Origin: Desulfobacterales bacterium
Lineage (GTDB): Bacteria > Desulfobacterota > Desulfobacteria > Desulfobacterales > UBA5852
Direction: 5' to 3'
DNA length: 64,000 nucleotides
Assembly (NCBI GenBank): GCA_963674755.2
Contig: CAXXVS010000002.1
Span: 2,144,001 to 2,208,000 of the forward strand
Shown here: piece by piece, positions 21,020 through 31,123 of the stretch
Position numbering within the stretch: position 1 is the stretch's first letter
Layout of the letters: every line of letters begins with the position of its first letter
The notes under the pieces: model-generated
The model's input: only the letters and a program-made list of their open reading frames with translations
Told to the model about the DNA's origin: nothing
Databases searched by the model: none
Position numbers and translations under genes: made by a program

Positions 21020-24000
21020 CTACCAAGTCCGCCAATACAGGAAACCAACTTTTTCGGTAAGCGTAATCTCATCTAACAAATTTTGATTAGGATCGCCGCT
21101 ACCACCACCCGTCGTGCTGAAGTGCAGTATATCCGTTCCAGTACCTGGAATGGTGAGGACAGCCGGCGAAAAAAGCAACCCGCTCCGTCTGAGACCGGTA
21201 ACGCCCACCAAGATCGGATTCGCCTCCGTGCCGATGTTGATCAAATCCGCGTTGTTGACCCGCTCGTCACCAGAAATATCGAAAATAGCGCCGTCCGCGC
21301 GTCCGCCGGTGCAGGCATTGAGGGCGTATATTATCGATGTTCCGCCAGCTTCACAGGGTGATTCCGAAGGCTTGGTCACCACAGCATAAAGTATCCCGCC
21401 ACGGATCAAAACATTGTTCACAAGCCGCTCACTGGTCCCCGGCAGATCGAAATACCATCCCACATGCTGGCCTTGGTTGCTGCGCGGAGAGAACATATCC
21501 ATCGGGTTATCGCTCAGGACGACATATTCTCCTTCTTGGTAGATCACGCTTTGATTCAGCAGCGAAACCTTAAGGTCTATAGCGTCTTCGGTAATGCCGC
21601 CGACGGAGCTGACGGAAATCGTATCTCCCGGCGGTTCGGTCCGCAGGATCACCTGGGTCGGTGAAATTTCCACGCTGACATCGGGCACACCGTAAGTGGC
21701 ATCTTCTATGGCAACCTTCAAACCGGCTGTTCCAAGAAACTGCCTGTTTTCCGTGTCCGTCGAAGAAGCAGCTGTAAAGGTTCTGCTGTTGATCGTAACC
21801 GTGTCGCCAGTGGAGGCGCTCGTAAGGTCAATCACATATACGGTCTGGTCAGTCTCGGGCATATCGGAATTGCCGACCAGGTTGCTAAGCTGTCGGTTCG
21901 TATTGAATTCGCCTATATATTTGGCCGTCGGGTTACGCCTGTCGGCGCTTACGTAAGTTCCCAGGTTTTCCCACTCTTCAGCCCAGTCCCAGATACCGTA
22001 AATGGTCTGGACGGAACCGGCATCCGCGAAATCATCCATCCCCAAGTAGCGGCCGGTGCCAAAAAGAACCATAAACCCGTCTAAATTAGATGGGCAGGGG
22101 CGCATGACGTCCGGCTCCGTGGTAATCGGCTGGCGGAAACCCGAGGCATTCTTGGCCTGGAACAGCGGCTGCGGCATGCCAGAACCATCGGCTTGTTCAT
22201 TGTAAGCCACTTTCCAGTTGCTGACATCGCTGCCACGCAGATCGAACTTCCACATATTGCCCAGCAAATCCCCGGCATAAGCGAAGTCCACCAAACCGTC
22301 CAAGTTGGCATCGATCAACGCCGGTGAAGACAGGCCGTTGCAGTTGGGGCCGGCATCACCTTGGTAGGTTCGGATTTTGGTCGGTGTTGCTGATACCAAG
22401 GAACCGTCGCTGTTGAGGCGCAGCACGTAGAGCACGGCTTCCCCGTTCTGGCTATGGTAGCCATTGCCAAAAAGTACGACATAGCCCGCAGCCGAGTTCA
22501 CCACATAGGCTTGACTGAAGCTGTACCCCATATCCGGATCGACCGATTTGTTTTCCGGGTCCGAGTTGACCGGATATTCCCATCGCACCAGGGAGGCGAC
22601 ATTGGTTTCGGCGTCGAAGGCGGGATCACCGACATCGCTGATATCGAGGCAATAATAACCGCGCCCACCGCGACCGAGACCGCCCACCAAAATGGTGGAA
22701 CCAGAAGCACCCAGTTGCTCGATGTAGGGTTCATTGTCCACAAAATACTTGTGAACATAAGGATCGATGGTAAGCTCCTTTAAATTGGCAAATACCAGGT
22801 TTGGTACATAGGCGAACTGCTCATCACCTGTGGCTTCGTCGAGCACGTGCAACATGCCGTCGTTGCTTCCCACAAACACCACACCGGGTATCGTGCTGTC
22901 CCAACGGTAGGGTAAGGGCGAGGAGTGCACAATATCGGAAAGCAGGCTGTCCCGATCCCGGAAAACGCCGCCGTTGGCTATTTCCTGGCTTCGATCACCA
23001 CGCAAGAAGGCAATCATAGCCTGCGCAACGGCCGGCGTTGGATCCAGCAAATCCTGCTGGGCGGTACTCAGTTCGTCATAGGAGAAAATCGCACCCTCCT
23101 GGTCGGCGTCATTATAGGTAACCACCTTACGCGCGGACCAAGCCATACCGTCCAGCTGGTCAGCAGCGGACCAATCCACCTGGTCCACATAGTTGTCGTT
23201 GGCGTCCAGAACCTGAACGACTCCACCTGTTTCCGGATCCAACGGCTTGGCCAACACATCGCCCGTCCAGTTGCGGGGGATATAGGTCGCCTGATAGAGC
23301 GCTGTATCTCCCGAGAGTTCCTGGGCGTTGATGGCCACGGCCGAACCGGTGGCGGTTGTGTTCTGAATGCTCTGCATCACCGAGATCAACGAGTTGATTA
23401 ATTTCTGTGCATTGTCCGCCGTGAAAAACTGCCCCCGGCCGTTAACCGATGCATGGTACAGGTCATCGATCACAGTAGGCGTGTTGGGTACCGGAATCGG
23501 CCAGGCGGGACATACCGGATCCGGGCATCCCACATCGCCGGGTTCACACTTCGGTAAACATAGCGGAAAATCACCAGGATCGTTATTCCCAACGACCCCG
23601 AAAGCCACACCATAGGTCACCATGTGCTGATGATGGGCATTGTCTTGTTTGTATGCCGGCATGACATTGGTCAACGTGCGGTTAAGGTCGTTCTCATAAT
23701 AATACATGGCAATGTCGCCCAGATTGGGGCTGCTACCGTTATTGGGGCCTGTGAAAACGCCCTGATCGTAACCCGACACCTGTCCGTCGCGATTGACCCC
23801 GTCAGCATCGGCGTTAAGATTGTTCAAAGGATATTCCACCGTCCAGTCGGACTGGTTCCAATAACCATCCGTCATGGCGATGACAAAAGCCCTCTGGCAG
23901 CCACCGCCTTCGGCTTCGCTGGCCCAAGGTGGTGTGCTGCTGATATAGCCCGAATTGCCGCCGTCATGCAGGTCAAAATACTGTCCCACATCCTGAAGGC

Positions 24001-27000
24001 CGCGCCGAAGCGGTGTACCACCGTTCGAGTTGATGGCATAAAGCCTGTTGAGCATGGCTTCGGTCTGGTCTGTTTCCCCGCTTAGCTTGATCGGCTCCAC
24101 GGGGTGGTTGCGGTTACTCCGGTCATTGATGACGGCGACACCGATCTTGACTTCCTCCATCTGATCGAACACCTGGCCGATGGCGGCTTTGGCGGTCAGC
24201 TCCCGCCGACGATAGAAGGAATACCAGTTGGCGAAATTCTGGCGCACCGCATCGTAGCTCAGCGCGTTGCCGTCTCCGTCCCTTGGGATCACGCCGGACG
24301 GGATCAGACCCGTACCCGTAATATCGGTCAACTCGCCATCGTCTACCCGATCGTTGTCATTTATATCATTCCAGCTGTAATAGGTGAAACTGCCACCTGT
24401 GCCATAGTTATCACTCATGGCCACGAGATAGACCTCGCCGTTATCCACATTCCCATCACCGTCGGCATCGTTGTGAACGAAATAATGGGCTACGGGTATT
24501 TGAAAAGTTAGGCTGGTACTATCCCTAAACTCGACGCCTGAAGCGATCGTGGCCCAGTTGTTGTAATGGGTGGACTGATTGAAGTTAAGGGCATCGGTGG
24601 ATTCTCCAAAAACCTCGCTTTCGATATGGTAGTCAACGGAACGGGAAAGCCGCCACATATCCGGGAAATAGACCTGGACATCATAGGTGCCGGCCGGCAC
24701 TTTCAGATACCATGTGGCCGTTCGTCCATCGTAGTAATTTGTCCGGCAGCTACCGCCATTGGCAGCGCCGTCGTAGCGATCGCTCCAGTTCCATCCGGTA
24801 TCCGTATAATAACCGTAGGTGCCATTGGTATCGCTGTTGTCCACCACATACACATTGGCTGGATTAGATGTGTTCACTAAACGGACGGCATCTGCCGCTG
24901 CACGTCTATTATTGTCATTGTCGGTTGTCGACAATGTGATCCACTGGTTGGGCGTACCAACCGTTTCATTGACCTGGAAGAAGGTTGTGTTCATATCAAG
25001 GGTCGGGGTGCTGTGGATCGGATTCATGCGTGGATCGTCCGGATCGGCGTTAGAACCAGGCGACCCGTCGGTACCGGGCAAGATGTTCCAGCTCGGCCAG
25101 GGGGTGTATTCCATCGAGGGTTCGAAGTACAGCTTGTTGAATCCGGCCCACTGGGACTGCCACAGCCGTCGCTCGGTCTCCGTGAGGTAACGATAGCTGT
25201 CCGAGTATTGATTGTCATTGTATTTACCGTCAAAATAGCGCGGATAGAGATAGTGGCGCGTTCCGCTGCCCGTGTAAAAACCGCCTTCCTGGGCGGGTGT
25301 CATCATTTCGAAATCCATCGATCCCGAGTCGTCAATTAGGAACATAATCAGCGGAGGCGCAGCTTTTACCTGGGTTTCCAAGGGTGTTTCGGCCGGCACG
25401 ACACAGGTTATCTCGCTGGTTTGGATACCGCGGTCGCCGCCGTAGCAGTCCTGATCGATACCATCTCCAGGGACATCATAGGCGCCCGGGTAAACCGTTG
25501 GAGCAACAGGGTCGCTTGGATCGTCGTTACAATCGCCCTGAGCGGGGCTGTAACCGTCACCGTCCTGATCCAGGTCGTCGCCGGTACAAGCCTCATCACC
25601 CCATCCATTGCAGTTTTGATCAACGCCGTCGCCGCATTTCTCCAATGCGCCGGGGAAGATGCCGGCGTCGTTGTCGTTGCAGTCCACACTATTGTCAAAA
25701 CCGTCACCGTCAAGGTCCGCAGAAGGTACCGTAAAAATCGCGGCGATATCCTTATCGCTGTTCATGGTAAGGGTGATGGTAGAGGTGGAGCTGGTCGACG
25801 ATCCCTGCCACTGGGAGAACAGGTAGCCCGTCGCTGGAACGGCAGAAATGGTTACTTCGCTGCCGCTCTGATAGGAGTATTCATTTGCGCTGGCGGTTGA
25901 TTCCCCCACCGGGGATAGGGTAATATCCCCCTGCAAGGAATCCGGCGGCGTAATCTTCAGAACGAATGTTCTTGGTGAATAGGTACCGGAATAGGTCAGT
26001 TCGCCCGTCGTCGTAGCGTTGATCGTGAGATCGATCGGATCCGGGGAGAACCATCCTGGGATTTGTTTGAAAACAATTTTATAGCCGCTGACGTAGCACT
26101 CCGTTGGGAAAGAGACACCACTTTCAAGCCAGCCACTAATAGCCGTGTAAGAGCCGCTGCCGGCTGGTTCCTCCTTTTGTAACTGCCATTGGGCGCGCTC
26201 GTCGTCTGGCAGACCGGCGTCAATCACCTCAGCGGGATCGATGGTCACCATCACCCGGTTTTCGCGGAAGGTCACCTCGATCGAATGGTCCTTGGCAACG
26301 CTGCTGAAGGGATAGCTTGTAATCGATCCGGCTGAAGCCCCGTCGACAAGGACGTTGCTGACGCAGTATTGCTCCGACCCGGTATCCTCTCCGGTGAAAG
26401 TGAAATTGACGGCTTCACCTTCATTAATGATCAGATCACCGCCTCCGGTAAGCCCCGTCGTACTCGGGTTGTCGATAGCCGCCGTGCCATACGAACCGAT
26501 ATCAAAATGAATTTTATAGCGGAAGTCAGCATCCACGTCGATCACATCGCCAGGCGAACCGGCGACCGTCCAAGTGTGCGTGTAGCTTCCTGTCACATCC
26601 GCCCCCGCCCCGTCCGGCGGGATGAGGCCGGCCGCACCTGTATCGGAGGTACCGTCAATGGTGGCAATGGTCGGGGCGTTCGGCGCTGTAAAGGAGTGCA
26701 GCCCGTGGGCCCAGTCAACTATCACATCCACGCTCTCGCCGATATCGGCAATGTAGTCGGTCCCAACCCCTGCAGGCGTGGTAATGGTTCCGCCATTCCT
26801 TACGTTGGGGTGGATTGTCACGTCATTGTCGGTAATGGTAACTGTAAAGTCGAGAACCCCCGAGGAAGCCCCAAGGATATTGGCGTTGGTGCCGTCGGTG
26901 AAACGAACTATGAATGTTTCGTCACTTTCGACTTCCTGGTCGTTTAAAATCTGAATCGTGGCCGTATCAGACGGAAAAGGGCCGCTCGGCGAGGCACTGC

Positions 27001-30000
27001 CGGTGAAAGTCATGGTACCGCTGGTGTTCTGGAAATCCGATGTAGTGGCTGTATCAGGAAGGGTAACGTAGTTCAATGTCACCGTACTGCTGCCGAGCAC
27101 ATAGCGGTCGAGAGTAACAGCAAAATCGATCGTCATGGCAGCAGGATCGGTGCTTTCCTGCACGGTAAGGGAACTCGGCGTTGGCGTTATGGTGATATCG
27201 GCGATATCGTCTTCAGTTATGGTTGTTGTCCCAACCACTGCACCAGAAGCTGTGATGTCACCGCTTACAGAAGGATCAGCCGTGACGCCGGTCAACTGGA
27301 CGTTGAAGGTTTCCGATCCCTCCACCCACATATCGGTCATTGTATCCACGATAAAGGAGGTGCTGGTTGCCAGTGGGGCAAAAATTACCGTCCCCGTAGA
27401 CACGTCGAAGTCGTCGGGAACCGTGGCCGTTCCACCGACAGCCGTCCAGCTTACAGTGACGTTCCCTGCGTCTTCGACAGGATTGGAAAGGCTGACCGTG
27501 TAAGCCCCGGTGACATCTCCTTCCGCAACCGTTGTCGGAATTGCAGAGCTAATACTCGCCTCGGTCGTGTCACCGCTCTGGATATCGCAGGTTGCAGGCG
27601 TTGTATCGACGATAACGTTATCAAGCCCGGGATTGGTCAGCAGAGCTTGAAAAAGCTGATCCGGCTCAACGTAATTGTCGTTGGTTATCGGAACGGTAAA
27701 TGTTTCTGCGGCAAGCGTCCCTGCAAAGGAAACCGTGCCGCTCGTCGCGTCATAGTCCTGACCGGCCTGTGCCTCGTTAGCGACATTTTGGGTGCTGTAA
27801 TCTATGTCAATGCTGTAACCGCTCTCGATGTTGGAACCCGTTGGATTCACACTGAAAGTTGCTGTAGTATTGCTTTCTTCGTCTACAGTGGTGGTTGTAG
27901 CAGTCAACGCGATATTCACGTCATTGATGTTATCGATCGTGCAGGAATCTGATCCGCCAAAGGTCACCTGGTCTCCAGCGATCGGGTCCACAAGGGCTAC
28001 GGCCAGGGTCTCGTTGGGCTCCCAGACACTGTCATTGCGAATAGCCACATTCACCGTGAGCGGCAGGTTACCGTCGTTCACCGTGATCATGCCCGGGTCG
28101 GTATAGTCACTCGCAGCAATTCCGGTGCCGCTGAAACTCAGCGTTACCGAATAGTCTGTATCGAGCGTAATGCCGTTGGTCACCGCCAGTTCAAACTGGG
28201 CGTTGGCCCCTTCGGCGACCGGATCGGTGCCCGTATAAGTGATTCCGATAATCGCAGTATCCGCACTGGTCACTGTCGCATTGGCCGAACCGGCAACACT
28301 CACCTGTGAGCTGTCCGGCGCCTCCGGATCCACCAGCGTCACTGTCAGGGTCTCATTACCCTCGATCAACACGTCGTTGGCCGTGCCCACATCGAACGTA
28401 TACGGAAAGCTTGTGCCCGGCCCCACCGTCACCGATGCCGGCGGAGATGACAGGTCCGTGCCCGAATCAATCGTGCCCCCGTAAGTCAGGCTGATCGTGT
28501 AGTCCTGGTCCAGCGTTACACCGTTGGCCTCGGTGATCGAAAACTGCGCATTGCTGCCCTCGGCTACACTGGCCGTGACCGTCGTGATACCCAAGGCGGC
28601 CTCGTCCTCGCTGGTCACTGTCGCATTGGCCGAACCGGCAACACTCACCTGTGAGTTGTCCGGCGCCTCCGGATCCACCAGCGTCACTGTCAGGGTCTCA
28701 TTACCCTCGATCAACACGTCGTTGGCCGTGCCCACATCGAACGTATACGGAAAGCTCGTGCCCGGCCCCACCGTCACCGATGCCGGCGGAGATGACAGGT
28801 CCGTGCCCGAATCAATCGTGCCCCCGTAAGTCAGGCTGATCGTGTAGTCCTGGTCCAGCGTTACACCGTTGGCCTCGGTGATCGAAAACTGCGCATTGCT
28901 GCCCTCGGCTACACTGGCCGTGACCGTCGTGATACCCAAGGCGGCCTCGTCCTCGCTGGTCACTGTCGCATTGGCCGAACCGGCAACACTCACCTGTGAG
29001 CTGTCCGGCGCCTCCGGATCCACCAGCGTCACTGTCAGGGTCTCATTACCCTCGATCAACACGTCGTTGGCCGTGCCCACATCGAACGTATACGGAAAGC
29101 TCGTGCCCGGCCCCACCGTCACCGATGCCGGCGGAGATGACAGGTCCGTGCCCGAATCAATCGTGCCCCCGTAAGTCAGGCTGATCGTGTAGTCCTGGTC
29201 CAGCGTTACACCGTTGGCCTCGGTGATCGAAAACTGCGCATTGCTGCCCTCGGCTACACTGGCCGTGACCGTCGTGATACCCAAGGCGGCCTCGTCCTCG
29301 CTGGTCACTGTCGCATTGGCCGAACCGGCAACACTCACCTGTGAGTTGTCCGGCGCCTCCGGATCCACCAGCGTCACTGTCAGGGTCTCATTACCCTCGA
29401 TCAACACGTCGTTGGCCGTGCCCACATCGAACGTATACGGAAAGCTCGTGCCCGGCCCCACCGTCACCGATGCCGGCGGAGATGACAGGTCCGTGCCCGA
29501 ATCAATCGTGCCCCCGTAAGTCAGGCTGATCGTGTAGTCCTGGTCCAGCGTTACACCGTTGGCCTCGGTGATCGAAAACTGCGCATTGCTGCCCTCGGCT
29601 ACACTGGCCGTGACCGTCGTGATACCCAAGGCGGCCTCGTCCTCGCTGGTCACTGTCGCATTGGCCGAACCGGCAACACTCACCTGTGAGTTGTCCGGCG
29701 CCTCCGGATCCACCAGCGTCACTGTCAGGGTCTCATTACCCTCGATCAACACGTCGTTGGCCGTGCCCACATCGAACGTATACGGAAAGCTCGTGCCCGG
29801 CCCCACCGTCACCGATGCCGGCGGAGATGACAGGTCCGTGCCCGAATCAATCGTGCCCCCGTAAGTCAGGCTGATCGTGTAGTCCTGGTCCAGCGTTACA
29901 CCGTTGGCCTCGGTGATCGAAAACTGCGCATTGCTGCCCTCGGCTACACTGGCCGTGACCGTCGTGATACCCAAGGCGGCCTCGTCCAAACTGGTGATGT

Positions 30001-30409
30001 CCACACCTGCCGATCCCGATGCGGAATCGCCCGAAACTCCATTATCCCCTGACAAAGTAACCGTCAGGCTCTCGGAACTCTCAATAAGATCATCATCAAT
30101 GAGATTAACGGTGAGGTAAATTGGAAAAACCGTAGAAGGCGTTACATTAAAACTGGCCGGGGAAGCGCTGTAATCCGTGCCATCCACGCCTGTGACGTTG
30201 TATGTAACCGTTAAATTGTCATTTATAACGCCGCTTGTTAATTCTATGGCAAATTGAGCAAACGAACCTTCGTCAACAGGGGAACCGGTATCATTGGTGA
30301 TTCCCAAGGTCCCGGCGAAAGCCACAGCAGGAAAAAGCAGCATGGCAAGGCACAACAGCCACACGGCTTTATACAAGGTATGGTTGTGATATCGTTTGGC
30401 GGTATCCAT
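21020..30409 (-). CDS. pilY1: Giant PilY1/PilC type IV pilus tip adhesin (3129 aa)
   Basis: Signal peptide; Calx-beta-like repeats; vWA MIDAS DDSGSM..GTPL..MTDG; PilC propeller motifs WTGD, LSDIVHSSP, VGSNDGMLH, YAGDLLGNMWKFDL, FGTGRYL, GWYFDLP; downstream of pilX. Confidence 0.93.
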   Translation of the reverse strand: MDTAKRYHNHTLYKAVWLLCLAMLLFPAVAFAGTLGITNDTGSPVDEGSFAQFAIELTSGVINDNLTVTYNVTGVDGTDYSASPASFNVTPSTVFPIYLTVNLIDDDLIESSESLTVTLSGDNGVSGDSASGSAGVDITSLDEAALGITTVTASVAEGSNAQFSITEANGVTLDQDYTISLTYGGTIDSGTDLSSPPASVTVGPGTSFPYTFDVGTANDVLIEGNETLTVTLVDPEAPDNSQVSVAGSANATVTSEDEAALGITTVTASVAEGSNAQFSITEANGVTLDQDYTISLTYGGTIDSGTDLSSPPASVTVGPGTSFPYTFDVGTANDVLIEGNETLTVTLVDPEAPDNSQVSVAGSANATVTSEDEAALGITTVTASVAEGSNAQFSITEANGVTLDQDYTISLTYGGTIDSGTDLSSPPASVTVGPGTSFPYTFDVGTANDVLIEGNETLTVTLVDPEAPDSSQVSVAGSANATVTSEDEAALGITTVTASVAEGSNAQFSITEANGVTLDQDYTISLTYGGTIDSGTDLSSPPASVTVGPGTSFPYTFDVGTANDVLIEGNETLTVTLVDPEAPDNSQVSVAGSANATVTSEDEAALGITTVTASVAEGSNAQFSITEANGVTLDQDYTISLTYGGTIDSGTDLSSPPASVTVGPGTSFPYTFDVGTANDVLIEGNETLTVTLVDPEAPDSSQVSVAGSANATVTSADTAIIGITYTGTDPVAEGANAQFELAVTNGITLDTDYSVTLSFSGTGIAASDYTDPGMITVNDGNLPLTVNVAIRNDSVWEPNETLAVALVDPIAGDQVTFGGSDSCTIDNINDVNIALTATTTTVDEESNTTATFSVNPTGSNIESGYSIDIDYSTQNVANEAQAGQDYDATSGTVSFAGTLAAETFTVPITNDNYVEPDQLFQALLTNPGLDNVIVDTTPATCDIQSGDTTEASISSAIPTTVAEGDVTGAYTVSLSNPVEDAGNVTVSWTAVGGTATVPDDFDVSTGTVIFAPLATSTSFIVDTMTDMWVEGSETFNVQLTGVTADPSVSGDITASGAVVGTTTITEDDIADITITPTPSSLTVQESTDPAAMTIDFAVTLDRYVLGSSTVTLNYVTLPDTATTSDFQNTSGTMTFTGSASPSGPFPSDTATIQILNDQEVESDETFIVRFTDGTNANILGASSGVLDFTVTITDNDVTIHPNVRNGGTITTPAGVGTDYIADIGESVDVIVDWAHGLHSFTAPNAPTIATIDGTSDTGAAGLIPPDGAGADVTGSYTHTWTVAGSPGDVIDVDADFRYKIHFDIGSYGTAAIDNPSTTGLTGGGDLIINEGEAVNFTFTGEDTGSEQYCVSNVLVDGASAGSITSYPFSSVAKDHSIEVTFRENRVMVTIDPAEVIDAGLPDDERAQWQLQKEEPAGSGSYTAISGWLESGVSFPTECYVSGYKIVFKQIPGWFSPDPIDLTINATTTGELTYSGTYSPRTFVLKITPPDSLQGDITLSPVGESTASANEYSYQSGSEVTISAVPATGYLFSQWQGSSTSSTSTITLTMNSDKDIAAIFTVPSADLDGDGFDNSVDCNDNDAGIFPGALEKCGDGVDQNCNGWGDEACTGDDLDQDGDGYSPAQGDCNDDPSDPVAPTVYPGAYDVPGDGIDQDCYGGDRGIQTSEITCVVPAETPLETQVKAAPPLIMFLIDDSGSMDFEMMTPAQEGGFYTGSGTRHYLYPRYFDGKYNDNQYSDSYRYLTETERRLWQSQWAGFNKLYFEPSMEYTPWPSWNILPGTDGSPGSNADPDDPRMNPIHSTPTLDMNTTFFQVNETVGTPNQWITLSTTDNDNNRRAAADAVRLVNTSNPANVYVVDNSDTNGTYGYYTDTGWNWSDRYDGAANGGSCRTNYYDGRTATWYLKVPAGTYDVQVYFPDMWRLSRSVDYHIESEVFGESTDALNFNQSTHYNNWATIASGVEFRDSTSLTFQIPVAHYFVHNDADGDGNVDNGEVYLVAMSDNYGTGGSFTYYSWNDINDNDRVDDGELTDITGTGLIPSGVIPRDGDGNALSYDAVRQNFANWYSFYRRRELTAKAAIGQVFDQMEEVKIGVAVINDRSNRNHPVEPIKLSGETDQTEAMLNRLYAINSNGGTPLRRGLQDVGQYFDLHDGGNSGYISSTPPWASEAEGGGCQRAFVIAMTDGYWNQSDWTVEYPLNNLNADADGVNRDGQVSGYDQGVFTGPNNGSSPNLGDIAMYYYENDLNRTLTNVMPAYKQDNAHHQHMVTYGVAFGVVGNNDPGDFPLCLPKCEPGDVGCPDPVCPAWPIPVPNTPTVIDDLYHASVNGRGQFFTADNAQKLINSLISVMQSIQNTTATGSAVAINAQELSGDTALYQATYIPRNWTGDVLAKPLDPETGGVVQVLDANDNYVDQVDWSAADQLDGMAWSARKVVTYNDADQEGAIFSYDELSTAQQDLLDPTPAVAQAMIAFLRGDRSQEIANGGVFRDRDSLLSDIVHSSPLPYRWDSTIPGVVFVGSNDGMLHVLDEATGDEQFAYVPNLVFANLKELTIDPYVHKYFVDNEPYIEQLGASGSTILVGGLGRGGRGYYCLDISDVGDPAFDAETNVASLVRWEYPVNSDPENKSVDPDMGYSFSQAYVVNSAAGYVVLFGNGYHSQNGEAVLYVLRLNSDGSLVSATPTKIRTYQGDAGPNCNGLSSPALIDANLDGLVDFAYAGDLLGNMWKFDLRGSDVSNWKVAYNEQADGSGMPQPLFQAKNASGFRQPITTEPDVMRPCPSNLDGFMVLFGTGRYLGMDDFADAGSVQTIYGIWDWAEEWENLGTYVSADRRNPTAKYIGEFNTNRQLSNLVGNSDMPETDQTVYVIDLTSASTGDTVTINSRTFTAASSTDTENRQFLGTAGLKVAIEDATYGVPDVSVEISPTQVILRTEPPGDTISVSSVGGITEDAIDLKVSLLNQSVIYQEGEYVVLSDNPMDMFSPRSNQGQHVGWYFDLPGTSERLVNNVLIRGGILYAVVTKPSESPCEAGGTSIIYALNACTGGRADGAIFDISGDERVNNADLINIGTEANPILVGVTGLRRSGLLFSPAVLTIPGTGTDILHFSTTGGGSGDPNQNLLDEITLTEKVGFLYWRTW
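28266..29987 (-). repeat. Five tandem 345-bp (115-aa) near-identical intragenic repeats
   Basis: CTGGTCACTGTCGCATTGG recurs at 28266, 28611 and onward at 345-bp spacing; only about two variable positions seen. Confidence 0.97.
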
Positions 30410-30531
30410 GTTTTCCTCCTGTAACTCTTCAGTATGCCGACCGTAAGTAGCCAGCGGCGCTCAGCTCACGAGTAGTAATTGTTATAAGAGCAATTCAGTT
30501 CTATCTTTTTGATCCAAGCTACTTTGGTTCC

Positions 30532-31107
30532 TTAAAACCGCTTATTATATCCCACTTCCATCAAGGCTTGACCGTCACGACTATCATGAAAGCTGTAAAT
30601 GGCATACGTGCGTACGGCTGTTTTGTTGGTCACCTTCCAGGAGGTCTTCCGGTCAAGCCCTTTGTCTATCGCACAATAGCCGACCTCGTTATCTATCGTT
30701 GACGGGATGGCGTTGTCATCGCCGCCCACCCCATCGAAATCCCAATTCCCAGGATCGGTCATGTCCGGCGCATTTCCTTTCGCGCTAAGCCAGATCGGCG
30801 AGCGGCCCTCAAGAACACCGGTGGCGGCTTCCTCGATGGCAAAACCGCCCTCGATCACCCCGCCTTCAGTACGGAAAAAGGTCTGTTTCCGTGCAACTTC
30901 GTTGCCTGCGATCAGGGTTTCGATGTTGCTTTTGCGTGTCGACCAGATACCCATAACTGTCAGAAGGGAAAGCAGCATTAAGGCGATAACAATGGCCGAT
31001 CCGTTTTCATTGTTAACCTTTTTTAGGAAATGCGTCTTGAACAAATCACTTAAGGAATAATGGCTTAAGATTGAAGAATGTTCTCTATCGTTGAGGACAG
31101 ATTTCAT
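30532..31107 (-). CDS. pilX: Minor pilin PilX-like
   Basis: NENG|SAIVIALMLLSLLTVMG with no Glu5, as typical of PilX; immediately upstream of pilY1. Confidence 0.82.
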   Translation of the reverse strand: MKSVLNDREHSSILSHYSLSDLFKTHFLKKVNNENGSAIVIALMLLSLLTVMGIWSTRKSNIETLIAGNEVARKQTFFRTEGGVIEGGFAIEEAATGVLEGRSPIWLSAKGNAPDMTDPGNWDFDGVGGDDNAIPSTIDNEVGYCAIDKGLDRKTSWKVTNKTAVRTYAIYSFHDSRDGQALMEVGYNKRF

Positions 31108-31123
31108 TGGTATTTTCCTTGGA

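Noticed and set aside
28266..29987. Tandem array as CRISPR or DGR template/variable repeats
   Set aside because: Units are 345 bp, in-frame coding and without spacers. No cas gene or reverse transcriptase is in the window, and two variable sites do not form a DGR-like pattern.
28239..30119. Repeated 101-aa and 62-aa ORFs on the + strand
   Set aside because: Antisense shadows of the pilY1 repeats.
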